Shown here: positions 26,785-37,120 of the stretch, piece after piece
How the letters are laid out: each line of letters begins with the position of its first letter
Numbering within the stretch: position 1 is the first letter of the stretch
DNA from: Candidatus Delongbacteria bacterium
GTDB taxonomy: Bacteria > UBA4055
Assembly: GCA_016937995.1 (NCBI GenBank)
Contig: JAFGVM010000025.1
Coordinates: forward strand, 1 to 42,517
Direction: 5' to 3'
Length of the DNA stretch: 42,517 nt
Program-made: the position numbers and the translations under genes
The notes under the pieces: model-generated
Seen by the model: only the letters and a program-made list of their open reading frames with translations
The model's database searches: none
Told to the model about the DNA's origin: nothing

Positions 26785-29394
26785 ATGATAAGATTGTTCA
26801 GAGATAAATTACTATTCAAGCTGATATTAATTTTTTTTGTAGCTATTATTTTACCTATCGGTATAGCTGCTCTGTTGATTAATGATCACATTGAGGATAA
26901 ATATTGCGAAAATATTGAATCCTCTCTTGGATGGGGAAAGAATTATGTTATATCAAATTTTTCAAATGAGATAAAATTACTCAATGCAAGTATACTGAAA
27001 GTGCAGAACGATTCAAAATTTATTTCTTCGATTAAATACCACTTAGGTGATAAGGATGATTATCTGATACAGGTATCTCTTTCTCAAATTCTAACTGAAA
27101 ATAATCTGGATTTCATTTACGTGTACTGTAATAATACAGATATTGTTCACAGGTCGGGTAAATTCATACAAATTTCAGAGGAGTTATTAAAAAGAAAAAA
27201 TATTGAACCTGAAATAAGCTATTACAATTCAAAATTTATTACACAGGCTAAGATCAACATTGAAATAAATGATGTTGAAACCGGTAACATTACTATATTT
27301 TTAGGCAAAATTCTTTCAGAACAGATGCTTTATGACCTAAGCAGTATTATGGATCTTGATTTTATTCTGTTGAAAGAAAATAATGGTAGAATGATCAGTA
27401 CATATTCTACATTATTCGATACATACGGGCAAAATTACAATAAAGGTGAGATCGAACTGGAAAATGTAAGTATGCAAGAAAAAATGGAGAATGTCGAGAT
27501 ACTGGGTAAAAAATATTATTTGTTATCATTCCCACTAACATTTTTAGATGAAAAATACACTGGAGTAATACTTGCAGAGAATAATCCATCATATCTAGAC
27601 AATATTAAAAAATACCTCTATATCTTTTTTTTCGGATTGTTATTTTTTATTCTCGTAAGTCTTGTATTTATTCATAAAACCCTCTTCAAACCGATTTCAA
27701 AGCTATTATCAAGTATAAATGAGATATCAGATCAAATCGAAAAAGAAAAGCCAATTGAGAAGATCATTGTAAAAACTTCTGATGAAATATTTCTATTATC
27801 TGAAGCTTATAACAGTATGGCTTCAACACTTGGACAGAGTTTTTCAAAAGTTAAGTACCTTCAAAATTACTTATTGAATATTATCGAATCAATGCCTTCA
27901 TCTCTGATGGCACTTGATAAGAACGGGAGAGTAACTCAATGGAATCATGCTGCTGAGGATTTTACAGGTGTTTTGAAGAATGATGCTAAAGGCAAGGTTA
28001 TTTGGAATTTAGTTCCGGATCTAGGAATTGAAACAGAAGTTCTAAATTCTGTACATGATGAAAAACGCCAAAGAGAGTTCTATAAAGAATCAGTATGGAA
28101 TGGAGAAAAAAGAAATCTCAATATTCATATATTTCCATTGATAGCGAACGGAGTTCAGGGGAATGTAATCAGGATAGATGATATTACAGAGATGAAAAAT
28201 AAGGAAGAACAACTTCTTCAGGCTCAAAAAATGGAGACAATAGGTACTTTGGCTGGTGGTATTGCACATGATTTCAATAATATTTTAAGCGGAATAGTCG
28301 GAGTGATCTCAATACTCACGTTCAAGATGGATAAAGATGAGGATATACCGAAATCTCTGTTGAAAGAATATCTGGAAATAATGGAAGAATCGGGCAAACG
28401 AGCAGGTGAGATAGTACAAAGATTGCTTACACTGTCAAAGAAACAAAACACACATCTTGAAGCTGTTAATCTCTCAGATGTAGTTAAGCATGTAGAAAAA
28501 ATTTGTTTGAACAGTTTTGATAAGCGTATTGAGATAAAAAAGATCGGTACGGAAAATAATACTTTGATAAATGCGGATTTTACTCAGATAGAACAGCTGC
28601 TGTTGAATTTAAGTATCAATTCCGCCCATGCGATGACAATAATGAGAGACTCGGATGAAAAACAGGGAGGTATATTAACCTTTGAGATAGTTGAAAGTGC
28701 TGATCCTTCTGAAATAAGAAAATTTTTAAATGATGACTTAAAAAAAGAATATATTAAGTTAATGGTACATGATACAGGTGTTGGAATGACCAGAGATATC
28801 ATTAAACAGATCTATGAGCCTTTCTTTTCAACTAAAGAACTGGATTCAGGTACCGGTCTGGGATTGACAATGGTATACAATATTGTAACGCAGTTCAATG
28901 GTTTTATTGATGTTGAATCAGTACCTAATATAGGATCTGTTTTCAGTATTTATTTCCCAAAGTACAGTTTTGATGCTAAAGTTATTAATACAGAGAAAGA
29001 TCCTGTTTTAAAGAGAGGAGAAGGAAAAATATTGGTAATTGATGATGAACTGGTTTTAAGAGAACTCGCAAATTCAATGCTGACACAATGTGGATATGAA
29101 GTTTTGACAGCAAAAGACGGAGTTGAAGGTTTAGAAGTCTATAAACAGGAGTTTGCAAACATTACCGCCGTAATGCTTGACATGGTAATGCCTAAAATGA
29201 ACGGGAAAGATACGTATATTGAACTAAAAAAAATAAATCCGGATGTTAAAGTATTGTTAGCGTCAGGATTCACAAAAGACGACAGGGTTGAAGAAGTACT
29301 GAGTTTGGGTGTAAAAGATTTTATACAAAAACCGTATACTATCTATGAACTGTCAGATATAATAAGTAAGATAATCAATGGAGACCTGAACTGA
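26785..29394 (+). CDS. Membrane hybrid sensor histidine kinase (TM-sensor-TM-HAMP-PAS-HisKA-HATPase-REC)
   Basis: H-box 'AGGIAHDFNNIL', N-box 'QLLLNLSINSAHAM', 'DTGVGM', 'EPFFSTK', 'GTGLGL'; receiver 'LVIDDE...LDMVMP...SG...KP'; PAS 'WNHAAE'. Confidence 0.95.
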   Translation: MIRLFRDKLLFKLILIFFVAIILPIGIAALLINDHIEDKYCENIESSLGWGKNYVISNFSNEIKLLNASILKVQNDSKFISSIKYHLGDKDDYLIQVSLSQILTENNLDFIYVYCNNTDIVHRSGKFIQISEELLKRKNIEPEISYYNSKFITQAKINIEINDVETGNITIFLGKILSEQMLYDLSSIMDLDFILLKENNGRMISTYSTLFDTYGQNYNKGEIELENVSMQEKMENVEILGKKYYLLSFPLTFLDEKYTGVILAENNPSYLDNIKKYLYIFFFGLLFFILVSLVFIHKTLFKPISKLLSSINEISDQIEKEKPIEKIIVKTSDEIFLLSEAYNSMASTLGQSFSKVKYLQNYLLNIIESMPSSLMALDKNGRVTQWNHAAEDFTGVLKNDAKGKVIWNLVPDLGIETEVLNSVHDEKRQREFYKESVWNGEKRNLNIHIFPLIANGVQGNVIRIDDITEMKNKEEQLLQAQKMETIGTLAGGIAHDFNNILSGIVGVISILTFKMDKDEDIPKSLLKEYLEIMEESGKRAGEIVQRLLTLSKKQNTHLEAVNLSDVVKHVEKICLNSFDKRIEIKKIGTENNTLINADFTQIEQLLLNLSINSAHAMTIMRDSDEKQGGILTFEIVESADPSEIRKFLNDDLKKEYIKLMVHDTGVGMTRDIIKQIYEPFFSTKELDSGTGLGLTMVYNIVTQFNGFIDVESVPNIGSVFSIYFPKYSFDAKVINTEKDPVLKRGEGKILVIDDELVLRELANSMLTQCGYEVLTAKDGVEGLEVYKQEFANITAVMLDMVMPKMNGKDTYIELKKINPDVKVLLASGFTKDDRVEEVLSLGVKDFIQKPYTIYELSDIISKIINGDLN

Positions 29395-30266
29395 AAAGAG
29401 AAAGATTACCTGACTGGATAAAAATTGATTTTAAGCATGATTCTTCAGTATTAAAATTAAAAAAAGACTTAAAATCCAGAAAATTATATACTGTATGTGA
29501 AGAGGCAAGATGCCCCAATCTGTCTGAATGTTTCGGAGAAAAAAAGACTGCTACATTTATGATACTTGGTAAAAATTGTACAAGAAATTGTGCTTTTTGC
29601 AGTATTGCGAATGCTGATCCAAGCCGGATAGATCCGGATGAGCCTGAGAATATTGCACGGATGACCATGGAGCTGGAATTAAGCCATGTTGTAATTACGT
29701 CTGTAACAAGAGATGATCTTACAGATGGAGGTTCAGAACAATTTGTTAATGTCATAAATTCAATTCGTAATTTGACAAACGCTACAATTGAAGTACTTAC
29801 TCCTGATTTTGGGGGTAATGAAAAAGATAGAAAAAGAATATCAAATGTCAAACCGGACATTTATAATCATAACCTGGAGACAGTTCCTGATTTGTATGAC
29901 ATTATCAGACCACAGGCCATATACAGCAGATCTTTGGAATTTTTAAAAGGTATCAAAAGAGACGACAGAACCATATTGACTAAATCAGGGATAATGGTGG
30001 GTTTGGGTGAAACCGAGGAACAATTGAAAAGGTTATTAGATGATGTAGCTTCTTCAGAGGTTGATATCTTTACCTGTGGTCAATATCTTAGACCGTCAAA
30101 AAATAATTATAAAGTCCAGGAATACAGGTCGGAAGAATGGTTCCAAAAGTTCAGAGAAACAGCGTTAAAAGCAGGAATTAAAAATGTATACAGCTCACCT
30201 TTTACCAGAAGCTCATATAATGCAAGTGATATTATCAATAAGATCAAAAAAGGAACAAAAAGTTAA
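29391..30266 (+). CDS. lipA: Lipoyl synthase (start at non-canonical CTG 29391; ORF-track start 29559 is internal)
   Basis: In-frame upstream extension encodes 'RLPDWIK' and 'TVCEEARCPNLSEC' (CX4CX5C), then 'CTRNCAFC', 'VITSVTRDDL', 'NHNLETV', 'GQYLRPS', 'RSSY'. Confidence 0.93.
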   Translation: MKRERLPDWIKIDFKHDSSVLKLKKDLKSRKLYTVCEEARCPNLSECFGEKKTATFMILGKNCTRNCAFCSIANADPSRIDPDEPENIARMTMELELSHVVITSVTRDDLTDGGSEQFVNVINSIRNLTNATIEVLTPDFGGNEKDRKRISNVKPDIYNHNLETVPDLYDIIRPQAIYSRSLEFLKGIKRDDRTILTKSGIMVGLGETEEQLKRLLDDVASSEVDIFTCGQYLRPSKNNYKVQEYRSEEWFQKFRETALKAGIKNVYSSPFTRSSYNASDIINKIKKGTKS

Positions 30267-30278
30267 GAACGGGTAAAA

Positions 30279-31274
30279 ATGGAAATCAATGAAAAATTTA
30301 TACCTTACTGGATGAAAGGGACTGATAATTCAGTAGCTTTATATTCTTCTATTAAATGTGTCAGGAACTATAAAGATCGTAATTTTCCTGCCGGAAAGAA
30401 ACAGTTCAATAACAGTGATTCCGTAAAACTCACTGATGACATTCTTTCTGAAAAAATATCGGATGGAACCGTTAAAAAGATAGATCTTGAACAGCTTTCG
30501 ATAAATGAGCTGGTAATGATGCAAAAAGTCAGGATATTGCCAAATTTGAGAATATCAGAGTTAAAAAAATTAACGATATATACCTACGATAACGGCCAGG
30601 TCTTTTTATTGCTTAATTACATGGATCATCTGACTTTTTACTCTTATGGTCAGGGAGGTATGATAAAAAAAGCTTATTCGAATCTAAAAAAATTTCTTAA
30701 ACTATTTGATATAAAATACTTTGCTGTGGATGAAAAAAAACGATTTTTAACATCCTCTATTGAATATTTCGGAACAGGAATGAAATGTTTTTCTGTTCTA
30801 ACTTTAGCAGGATTAAGAGTAAAGAACAAATTCCCTGAGATCATTTCTTATTTATCCCAGAACAGCTATTCAAATAAAAAATATTTCGGGTTCGGAAGTA
30901 GTCTTGATGATCTTATAATAATAATGAACAAGGATTCTTTGACCCTTACCGAGAATAAAATTGTAGAAAATCATTACAATTTTCTTAAGCTATTATCAGA
31001 GGAAACAAAATTAAATTCTTTGACAAATAATGAATTAAATGACATATACATAAAAACAAAAAGAATTATGAGTGCGGAATTATTATCATTTAAAAGCTTT
31101 ATGGAAGCTTATAATTTGATTACATTATTAGTGGGTTATAATAAAATTAAAAAAATTAGAATTTCAGAGTTGAATAAAACACTTTCTATTCTTATAATTA
31201 ACCTACCCAGAGTGATTCATTCTGCTAGAGTTAAGAGGAAATTAATAGAAAATCTTATCCGCAAACTCGATTAA
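30279..31274 (+). CDS. Degenerate ATP:guanido phosphotransferase (McsB-like) protein
   Basis: 'VALYSSIKCVRNYKDRNFP', 'LLNYMDHL', 'FAVDEKKRFLTSSIEYFGTGMKC...LAGL' align in order with McsB motifs SSRIRLARN..FP, NEEDH, GYLTSCPTNVGTGLRA..HLPAL. Confidence 0.7.
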   Translation: MEINEKFIPYWMKGTDNSVALYSSIKCVRNYKDRNFPAGKKQFNNSDSVKLTDDILSEKISDGTVKKIDLEQLSINELVMMQKVRILPNLRISELKKLTIYTYDNGQVFLLLNYMDHLTFYSYGQGGMIKKAYSNLKKFLKLFDIKYFAVDEKKRFLTSSIEYFGTGMKCFSVLTLAGLRVKNKFPEIISYLSQNSYSNKKYFGFGSSLDDLIIIMNKDSLTLTENKIVENHYNFLKLLSEETKLNSLTNNELNDIYIKTKRIMSAELLSFKSFMEAYNLITLLVGYNKIKKIRISELNKTLSILIINLPRVIHSARVKRKLIENLIRKLD

Positions 31275-31328
31275 AATATGTTTTCGTTATCATGTTTAGA
31301 TCGGGATAAATAATATGGAGGTGGAAAA

Positions 31329-32024
31329 GTGAGTATAATGTCGATAGTGATACTCGTTGTAATGTTTTTTCTAGCAATGGTAGGAAAAGGAAAAGGAGTT
31401 GTAAATTATAAATTTCCGCTCGAAAAGGTAATATTTACTCTATTGTTTTTACCGGTATTTGCTAATTTTGCGAAAGGACATCTAGTTTCATTTGTTCCTG
31501 AGATGGCGGCTGCAATAATTGCTGCAGTATTAGGATTGATTATTGTGTTTATAATTGTGGGATATTTGTTGAATCTTATTACAAAAGTACCAAAATATGA
31601 AGATACCGGTTCTGACAGGTTTATGGGATTCATAGCAGGATTGATCAAAGGATATGTTTTATTTGCAATGATAATATTGATATATGCCGGAGCTTTTGCG
31701 GATATTGCTGCACCTTCAATGATAACTCATCAGATAAAGTATAATTTCATAAATAATAAAATTGAAAATGCGGTTGAATATTACCGACAAACAATATACA
31801 GTGTTTACAGGTCTGCTAAATCACAGGATGTTACAAATTTGACTTCAAAATCAGACGACTATTATAAAGGTAGAACAAAGATAGATATCAAAGGTAAAGG
31901 TGCAGAGGAGAATAACCTTAAAGGAAAAGTATTAGTGGATACTTCTGTTGCAGGCTATGTTCCCTGGGTAAGGAGTTCTATTGAATTTACAAATGATAAA
32001 GACGAAAAAGATACTAAGAAATAA
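31329..32024 (+). CDS. CvpA (colicin V production) family membrane protein
   Basis: Four TM segments with 'DRFMGFIAGLIKG' (D-R-x-x-G-x-x-x-G-x-x-K-G signature); soluble C-terminal tail; RBS GGAGGT. Confidence 0.65.
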   Translation: MSIMSIVILVVMFFLAMVGKGKGVVNYKFPLEKVIFTLLFLPVFANFAKGHLVSFVPEMAAAIIAAVLGLIIVFIIVGYLLNLITKVPKYEDTGSDRFMGFIAGLIKGYVLFAMIILIYAGAFADIAAPSMITHQIKYNFINNKIENAVEYYRQTIYSVYRSAKSQDVTNLTSKSDDYYKGRTKIDIKGKGAEENNLKGKVLVDTSVAGYVPWVRSSIEFTNDKDEKDTKK

Positions 32025-32030
32025 ATATAA

Positions 32031-33329
<1,299 letters not shown>

Positions 33330-33365
33330 AAATTAACAGATAAAACTTAAATTAGAGGGTGCAAA

Positions 33366-33605
33366 ATGGCTGAACTAAAATATGAGATCAAGAAAAATCT
33401 TGGTGTTCTGGGTGGAGAGATCAACGGATGGAGCAAGAAAGTAAATCTTATAAGCTGGAATGACAGAAAAGCTAAAGCTGATATAAGAGACTGGGACGGT
33501 TCGAACGAAAAAATGAGAAAAGGTATTACTCTTACTAAAGCTGAACTGATCGATCTTAAAAAGATACTTGAAGGTCTTGATCTTGAAAACCTTGACATGG
33601 CTTAA
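33366..33605 (+). CDS. YdbC/PC4-like single-stranded nucleic-acid-binding protein
   Basis: 'GWSKKVNLISWN', 'DIRDW', 'KMRKGITL' match the YdbC/PC4 family. Confidence 0.88.
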   Translation: MAELKYEIKKNLGVLGGEINGWSKKVNLISWNDRKAKADIRDWDGSNEKMRKGITLTKAELIDLKKILEGLDLENLDMA

Positions 33606-33640
33606 AAAAAAAGGAGTGATCTTAAATCACTCCTTTTTTT
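33604..33640. terminator. Bidirectional rho-independent terminator
   Basis: A-run, GGAGTGAT-cttaa-ATCACTCC, T-run, between convergent ydbC-like and rsmB genes. Confidence 0.9.
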
Positions 33641-34934
33641 ATTTAATTCTTTTTAATCTGGCAGCGAATGATCCTTCAAAATGATGAACTCCCGGATTAA
33701 CAGAATACATTCCTTCCGAGATCTTAAATGCATCTAAATTATCTACATTTTCTAAGATAAAGTCCGGGTCGAATTCTAAAAACTGCTCAATTATCTTACC
33801 GTTCTCATCGTCAAAGATAGAACATGTCGAATATACTATTATTCCACCGGTCTTTACATATTTTGAAGCTCTTTTTAAAATATCAAGCTGCAGTTTTTTT
33901 AGTAACTCTAACTGCTCCTCGTCCTTATTCCATCTGCTTTCAGGATGTCTTCTGAAATTTCCGCTCCCTGAGCATGGTGCATCTATCAGTATTCTATCGA
34001 ATTCATCAAATGACTGGAATTTTTCCGCTTCCTGAAAAGTAAGTTTAAAATAATCCAGACCTAATCTTAAAAAATTATTTTTGATCAACAGTTTTTTCTT
34101 TTGGGAAATATCATTTAAGTAAAGCTTTGTCTTGTTATTTGTTAATTCCTGTATATAGGTGGATTTCCCTCCAGGAGCGGAACAAAGATCAAGTACCTTT
34201 TCATTTTTCTTTGGTTGTAAAACTAGAACCGGCAAAGAGTGCGAAGGGTCCTGGATGTAGAACAAACCTTCTTCAAAAGATCTGGAATGGATCGGATTAC
34301 CTTCAGTTATCATCAGGAAATCAGAAAAATGATCGACCTTTTTCACATAGATATTTTCTTTCTCAAGTTCCACTGTAAGGTCTGTTGCAGAAGTTTTAAA
34401 ATTATTTACTCTGATATAAAGGCTGGGTATACTCTGATTGAATCTGATGATATTTTCAGCTGTTTCTTTTGAATAATAGCTGAATATCTTATTTCTTATC
34501 CATTCAGGATGAGAAAGTAATATATTATTATAAGAATTTAATTCATCCAAACTTATTTCAGTTGCCGTCATTTTTCTCAGGATAGCATTGATATACTTTG
34601 ACCTATGAATTCCAAGCTCTTTCTTAGCAATATTAACGTAATCATTTACTACCGCGTAATCTTTTGAACTGTTAAGATAAAAATACTCCACACCTGCACA
34701 AAGAAGAAGCATAGAAACATTAAATTTCTGCTTATCAATATTTTTATCGATCTTAGTTATCAGGATATTTTCAACGATAGGAAAATTTCTAAAGAACTGA
34801 TTTACCAGGTTTATCAGCTGTCTTTTATCCCTCTCATCCAGATCATTCATCAACTCAGGATACAAAGACTCGAACATCATTCGGCCGTTGAATATCTTTA
34901 TCACAGTTCTGTAAAATATATTACGAAGATTCAA
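33639..34934 (-). CDS. rsmB: 16S rRNA m5C967 methyltransferase (RsmB/Sun)
   Basis: NusB-like N-terminus 'YINAILRK'; 'SHPEW', 'FYIQD', 'DLCSAPGGKS', 'DAPCSGSG', 'YSTCS'. Confidence 0.9.
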   Translation of the reverse strand: MNLRNIFYRTVIKIFNGRMMFESLYPELMNDLDERDKRQLINLVNQFFRNFPIVENILITKIDKNIDKQKFNVSMLLLCAGVEYFYLNSSKDYAVVNDYVNIAKKELGIHRSKYINAILRKMTATEISLDELNSYNNILLSHPEWIRNKIFSYYSKETAENIIRFNQSIPSLYIRVNNFKTSATDLTVELEKENIYVKKVDHFSDFLMITEGNPIHSRSFEEGLFYIQDPSHSLPVLVLQPKKNEKVLDLCSAPGGKSTYIQELTNNKTKLYLNDISQKKKLLIKNNFLRLGLDYFKLTFQEAEKFQSFDEFDRILIDAPCSGSGNFRRHPESRWNKDEEQLELLKKLQLDILKRASKYVKTGGIIVYSTCSIFDDENGKIIEQFLEFDPDFILENVDNLDAFKISEGMYSVNPGVHHFEGSFAARLKRIK

Positions 34935-34938
34935 ACTA

Positions 34939-35430
34939 TTACTTCCTTTCCAGGTATAATGTCAATGAGTTACGACGGAATTGTTTTTTTAGAAAATACA
35001 AGTTCATCTGAGTATATAAATATTCATTCTTTAAAATGATTTCTTTATCCAGCATTATAGAAAAGTCAAAACTTCTTTCCTCTAAGGGTAGAAGGCTGAA
35101 AGACCTGTTTTTTATAACATCACTGGAATTAATTATCAGTTTCGTTCTATTTTTGTGCTCAGCCAGTATCGTGCAGATCAAAAATTTGTCGTCTGTTGTT
35201 TCAAAATCTTTTTTAGATTCGGTTAAGTTCTTTAATGTTAATAAAAAGGACGTTGGTCCGTCAATGGAATACTGGTTGTTTTCTGAGGTTAAAGTATATT
35301 GTACATCATCAATCATGACTGAGGCGAACATAGGTTTTTTTGACCATGATCTTTTTCCCTGGTTGATCATACTTGATGTACAGCTGATAAAAATAAGAAG
35401 TATGAAATTCAAAGTTAGAAATTTATTCAT
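34939..35430 (-). CDS. Hypothetical lipoprotein (beta-sandwich, weakly BsuPI-like)
   Basis: Lipobox 'IFISC'; 'YTLTSENNQYSIDGPTSFLLTLKN...LLPLEERSF' resembles Ig-like/BsuPI patterns; overlaps the HD-GYP stop. Confidence 0.55.
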   Translation of the reverse strand: MNKFLTLNFILLIFISCTSSMINQGKRSWSKKPMFASVMIDDVQYTLTSENNQYSIDGPTSFLLTLKNLTESKKDFETTDDKFLICTILAEHKNRTKLIINSSDVIKNRSFSLLPLEERSFDFSIMLDKEIILKNEYLYTQMNLYFLKKQFRRNSLTLYLERK

Positions 35431-36923
35431 TATACAATGATCCTGTCATTATCACGGGCATCTAAATAAATTTCATAAAGTTTATCATCAAGGAACATTT
35501 GCACGATATCTTTGTCAAGTTCACCATCTTTAGCCATAAATTCGAGTATTTTTATAGACCTGTCCAAAGGAACTGCTTTTTTATAGGGTCTGTCAGCTGC
35601 AGTAAGTGCTTCAAAAACATCTGCTACAGCAAGAATTCTTGACTGAAGCATAATATTCTCATGTCCGAGGTGGTATGGATATCCGCTTCCATCCAGCATT
35701 TCATGATGTGCCCCGGCTATTTTAGGGATATCTTTCAATTCCTCAGTAAATGGTACTTCTTTCAATATGTCAAGTGTACTTGAAACATGTTTTTTCATTT
35801 TTTCCCATTCATCAGGAGAGAAATTACCTTTGACAAAATCTGTTAACATAAAAATTTCTTTTTCAGTGAGATAACTGTGTTGGGTTCCATCAAATTCAGT
35901 GTAAAATTTAGCACCTATCTCTTTTACTTTGATCTTGTCCTCATCACTTATAAATCCAGGTAAATTCTTGGATATTATAAAATTCAACTCATTGTCAACA
36001 CCGTCGATAGCTTTCTTTATTTCATCCATGTCAGACATATTGAGGGTTATTGAGAATTTTATTGTCTCAAATCTGTTCGTTATCACTTCCATTTCGTCAT
36101 CAGAAAGCTTATTCTGTTTTTCCAGTACATTCTCAGGTACAGCAACTTTTCCCACATCATGTAATAAAGCTGCATACTTTAATTCTTCCAGCTTTTCATA
36201 GGTGAAAAAGATATTGGAATATACACCTTCTGTTTTGTTGTTGATGTGTTTAGCGATCATTTCAGATATAAAGGCAACTCTTTTAGAGTGACCGGCAGTA
36301 TGAGGACTTCTTTCTTCAATTGCCTGTGAAAATGATTTTACCAAAGCTTTATATAAATTTTTATTGGCTTCAAGCAATCTTACATTTGATAAAGCCACTG
36401 CAGCCTGACTTGCCAATGATAATATTATCTGTTCAAATTCAGCAGAGAAAGGAACAATATTTCCATTTTTATCAATTTTATTTATTAGCTGGATAACTCC
36501 TAGAATATCACCGTCAGTAGATCTCATAGGTACTGAGAGCATTGAAACTGTTCTGTAACCTGTCTTTTTGTCGTAAGATTTGTCAAAATCATACTCCTTA
36601 TCTTCTCCGATCTTATAACAATCACAGATATTTACTGTTTCTCCGGTTATTGCTGTATATCCTGAAATTGATTTTCTTGTCAGTGGAACAGAAAATGATT
36701 TAAATACACTTGATTCATCTTTTTTTAAAAGTGAGACTGTCTTGGTGGCTTCAAAAATAAGTTCGTGCTTATCAAGGTTCTTAATGTATAAAGAACATGC
36801 ATCACAGTCAGCAAATTCTATGATCTCATCAACAATTAAATTGAAGAGCTTATTCATTTTGGTCTCAGAACTTAAAGCTATTCCTATACGGTTGAATGCA
36901 AAAACCAATTCTTTATAATTCAT
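35430..36923 (-). CDS. GAF + HD-GYP cyclic-di-nucleotide phosphodiesterase
   Basis: GAF 'GYRTVSMLSVPM...GVIQLINK'; 'HTAGHSKRV', 'LLHDVGK', 'HHEMLDGSGYP', 'RPYKK'. Confidence 0.93.
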   Translation of the reverse strand: MNYKELVFAFNRIGIALSSETKMNKLFNLIVDEIIEFADCDACSLYIKNLDKHELIFEATKTVSLLKKDESSVFKSFSVPLTRKSISGYTAITGETVNICDCYKIGEDKEYDFDKSYDKKTGYRTVSMLSVPMRSTDGDILGVIQLINKIDKNGNIVPFSAEFEQIILSLASQAAVALSNVRLLEANKNLYKALVKSFSQAIEERSPHTAGHSKRVAFISEMIAKHINNKTEGVYSNIFFTYEKLEELKYAALLHDVGKVAVPENVLEKQNKLSDDEMEVITNRFETIKFSITLNMSDMDEIKKAIDGVDNELNFIISKNLPGFISDEDKIKVKEIGAKFYTEFDGTQHSYLTEKEIFMLTDFVKGNFSPDEWEKMKKHVSSTLDILKEVPFTEELKDIPKIAGAHHEMLDGSGYPYHLGHENIMLQSRILAVADVFEALTAADRPYKKAVPLDRSIKILEFMAKDGELDKDIVQMFLDDKLYEIYLDARDNDRIIV

Positions 36924-36931
36924 TATTCACC

Positions 36932-37102
36932 TCACTTAACCTCTTCATAATCCGCTTCTTCGATCCCGGTCGTACTGTTTTTCTTTGATTTTTCTTTTGG
37001 TTCCGGTTTTTTGAAAAATGATTCAGCTCTTCCAACCATTTTTCCAATATTGAAAGTTATGTATATTATCAATAGAAACATAAATACCCAAAATATGTTC
37101 AT
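36932..37102 (-). CDS. Small single-pass membrane protein, 56 aa (not in ORF track)
   Basis: Translation MNIFWVFMFLLIIYITFNIGKMVGRAESFFKKPEPKEKSKKNSTTGIEEADYEEVK*; fills the gap between the dNK and HD-GYP genes; C-terminal 'EADYEEVK' resembles DUF4834-type proteins. Confidence 0.75.
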   Translation of the reverse strand: MNIFWVFMFLLIIYITFNIGKMVGRAESFFKKPEPKEKSKKNSTTGIEEADYEEVK

Positions 37103-37120
37103 AAATTATTTACCCTTTTT

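Noticed and set aside
29559-30266. lipA as an N-terminally truncated pseudogene
   Set aside because: The missing N-terminal motifs are present in frame upstream with no stop; a CTG start at 29391 explains it.
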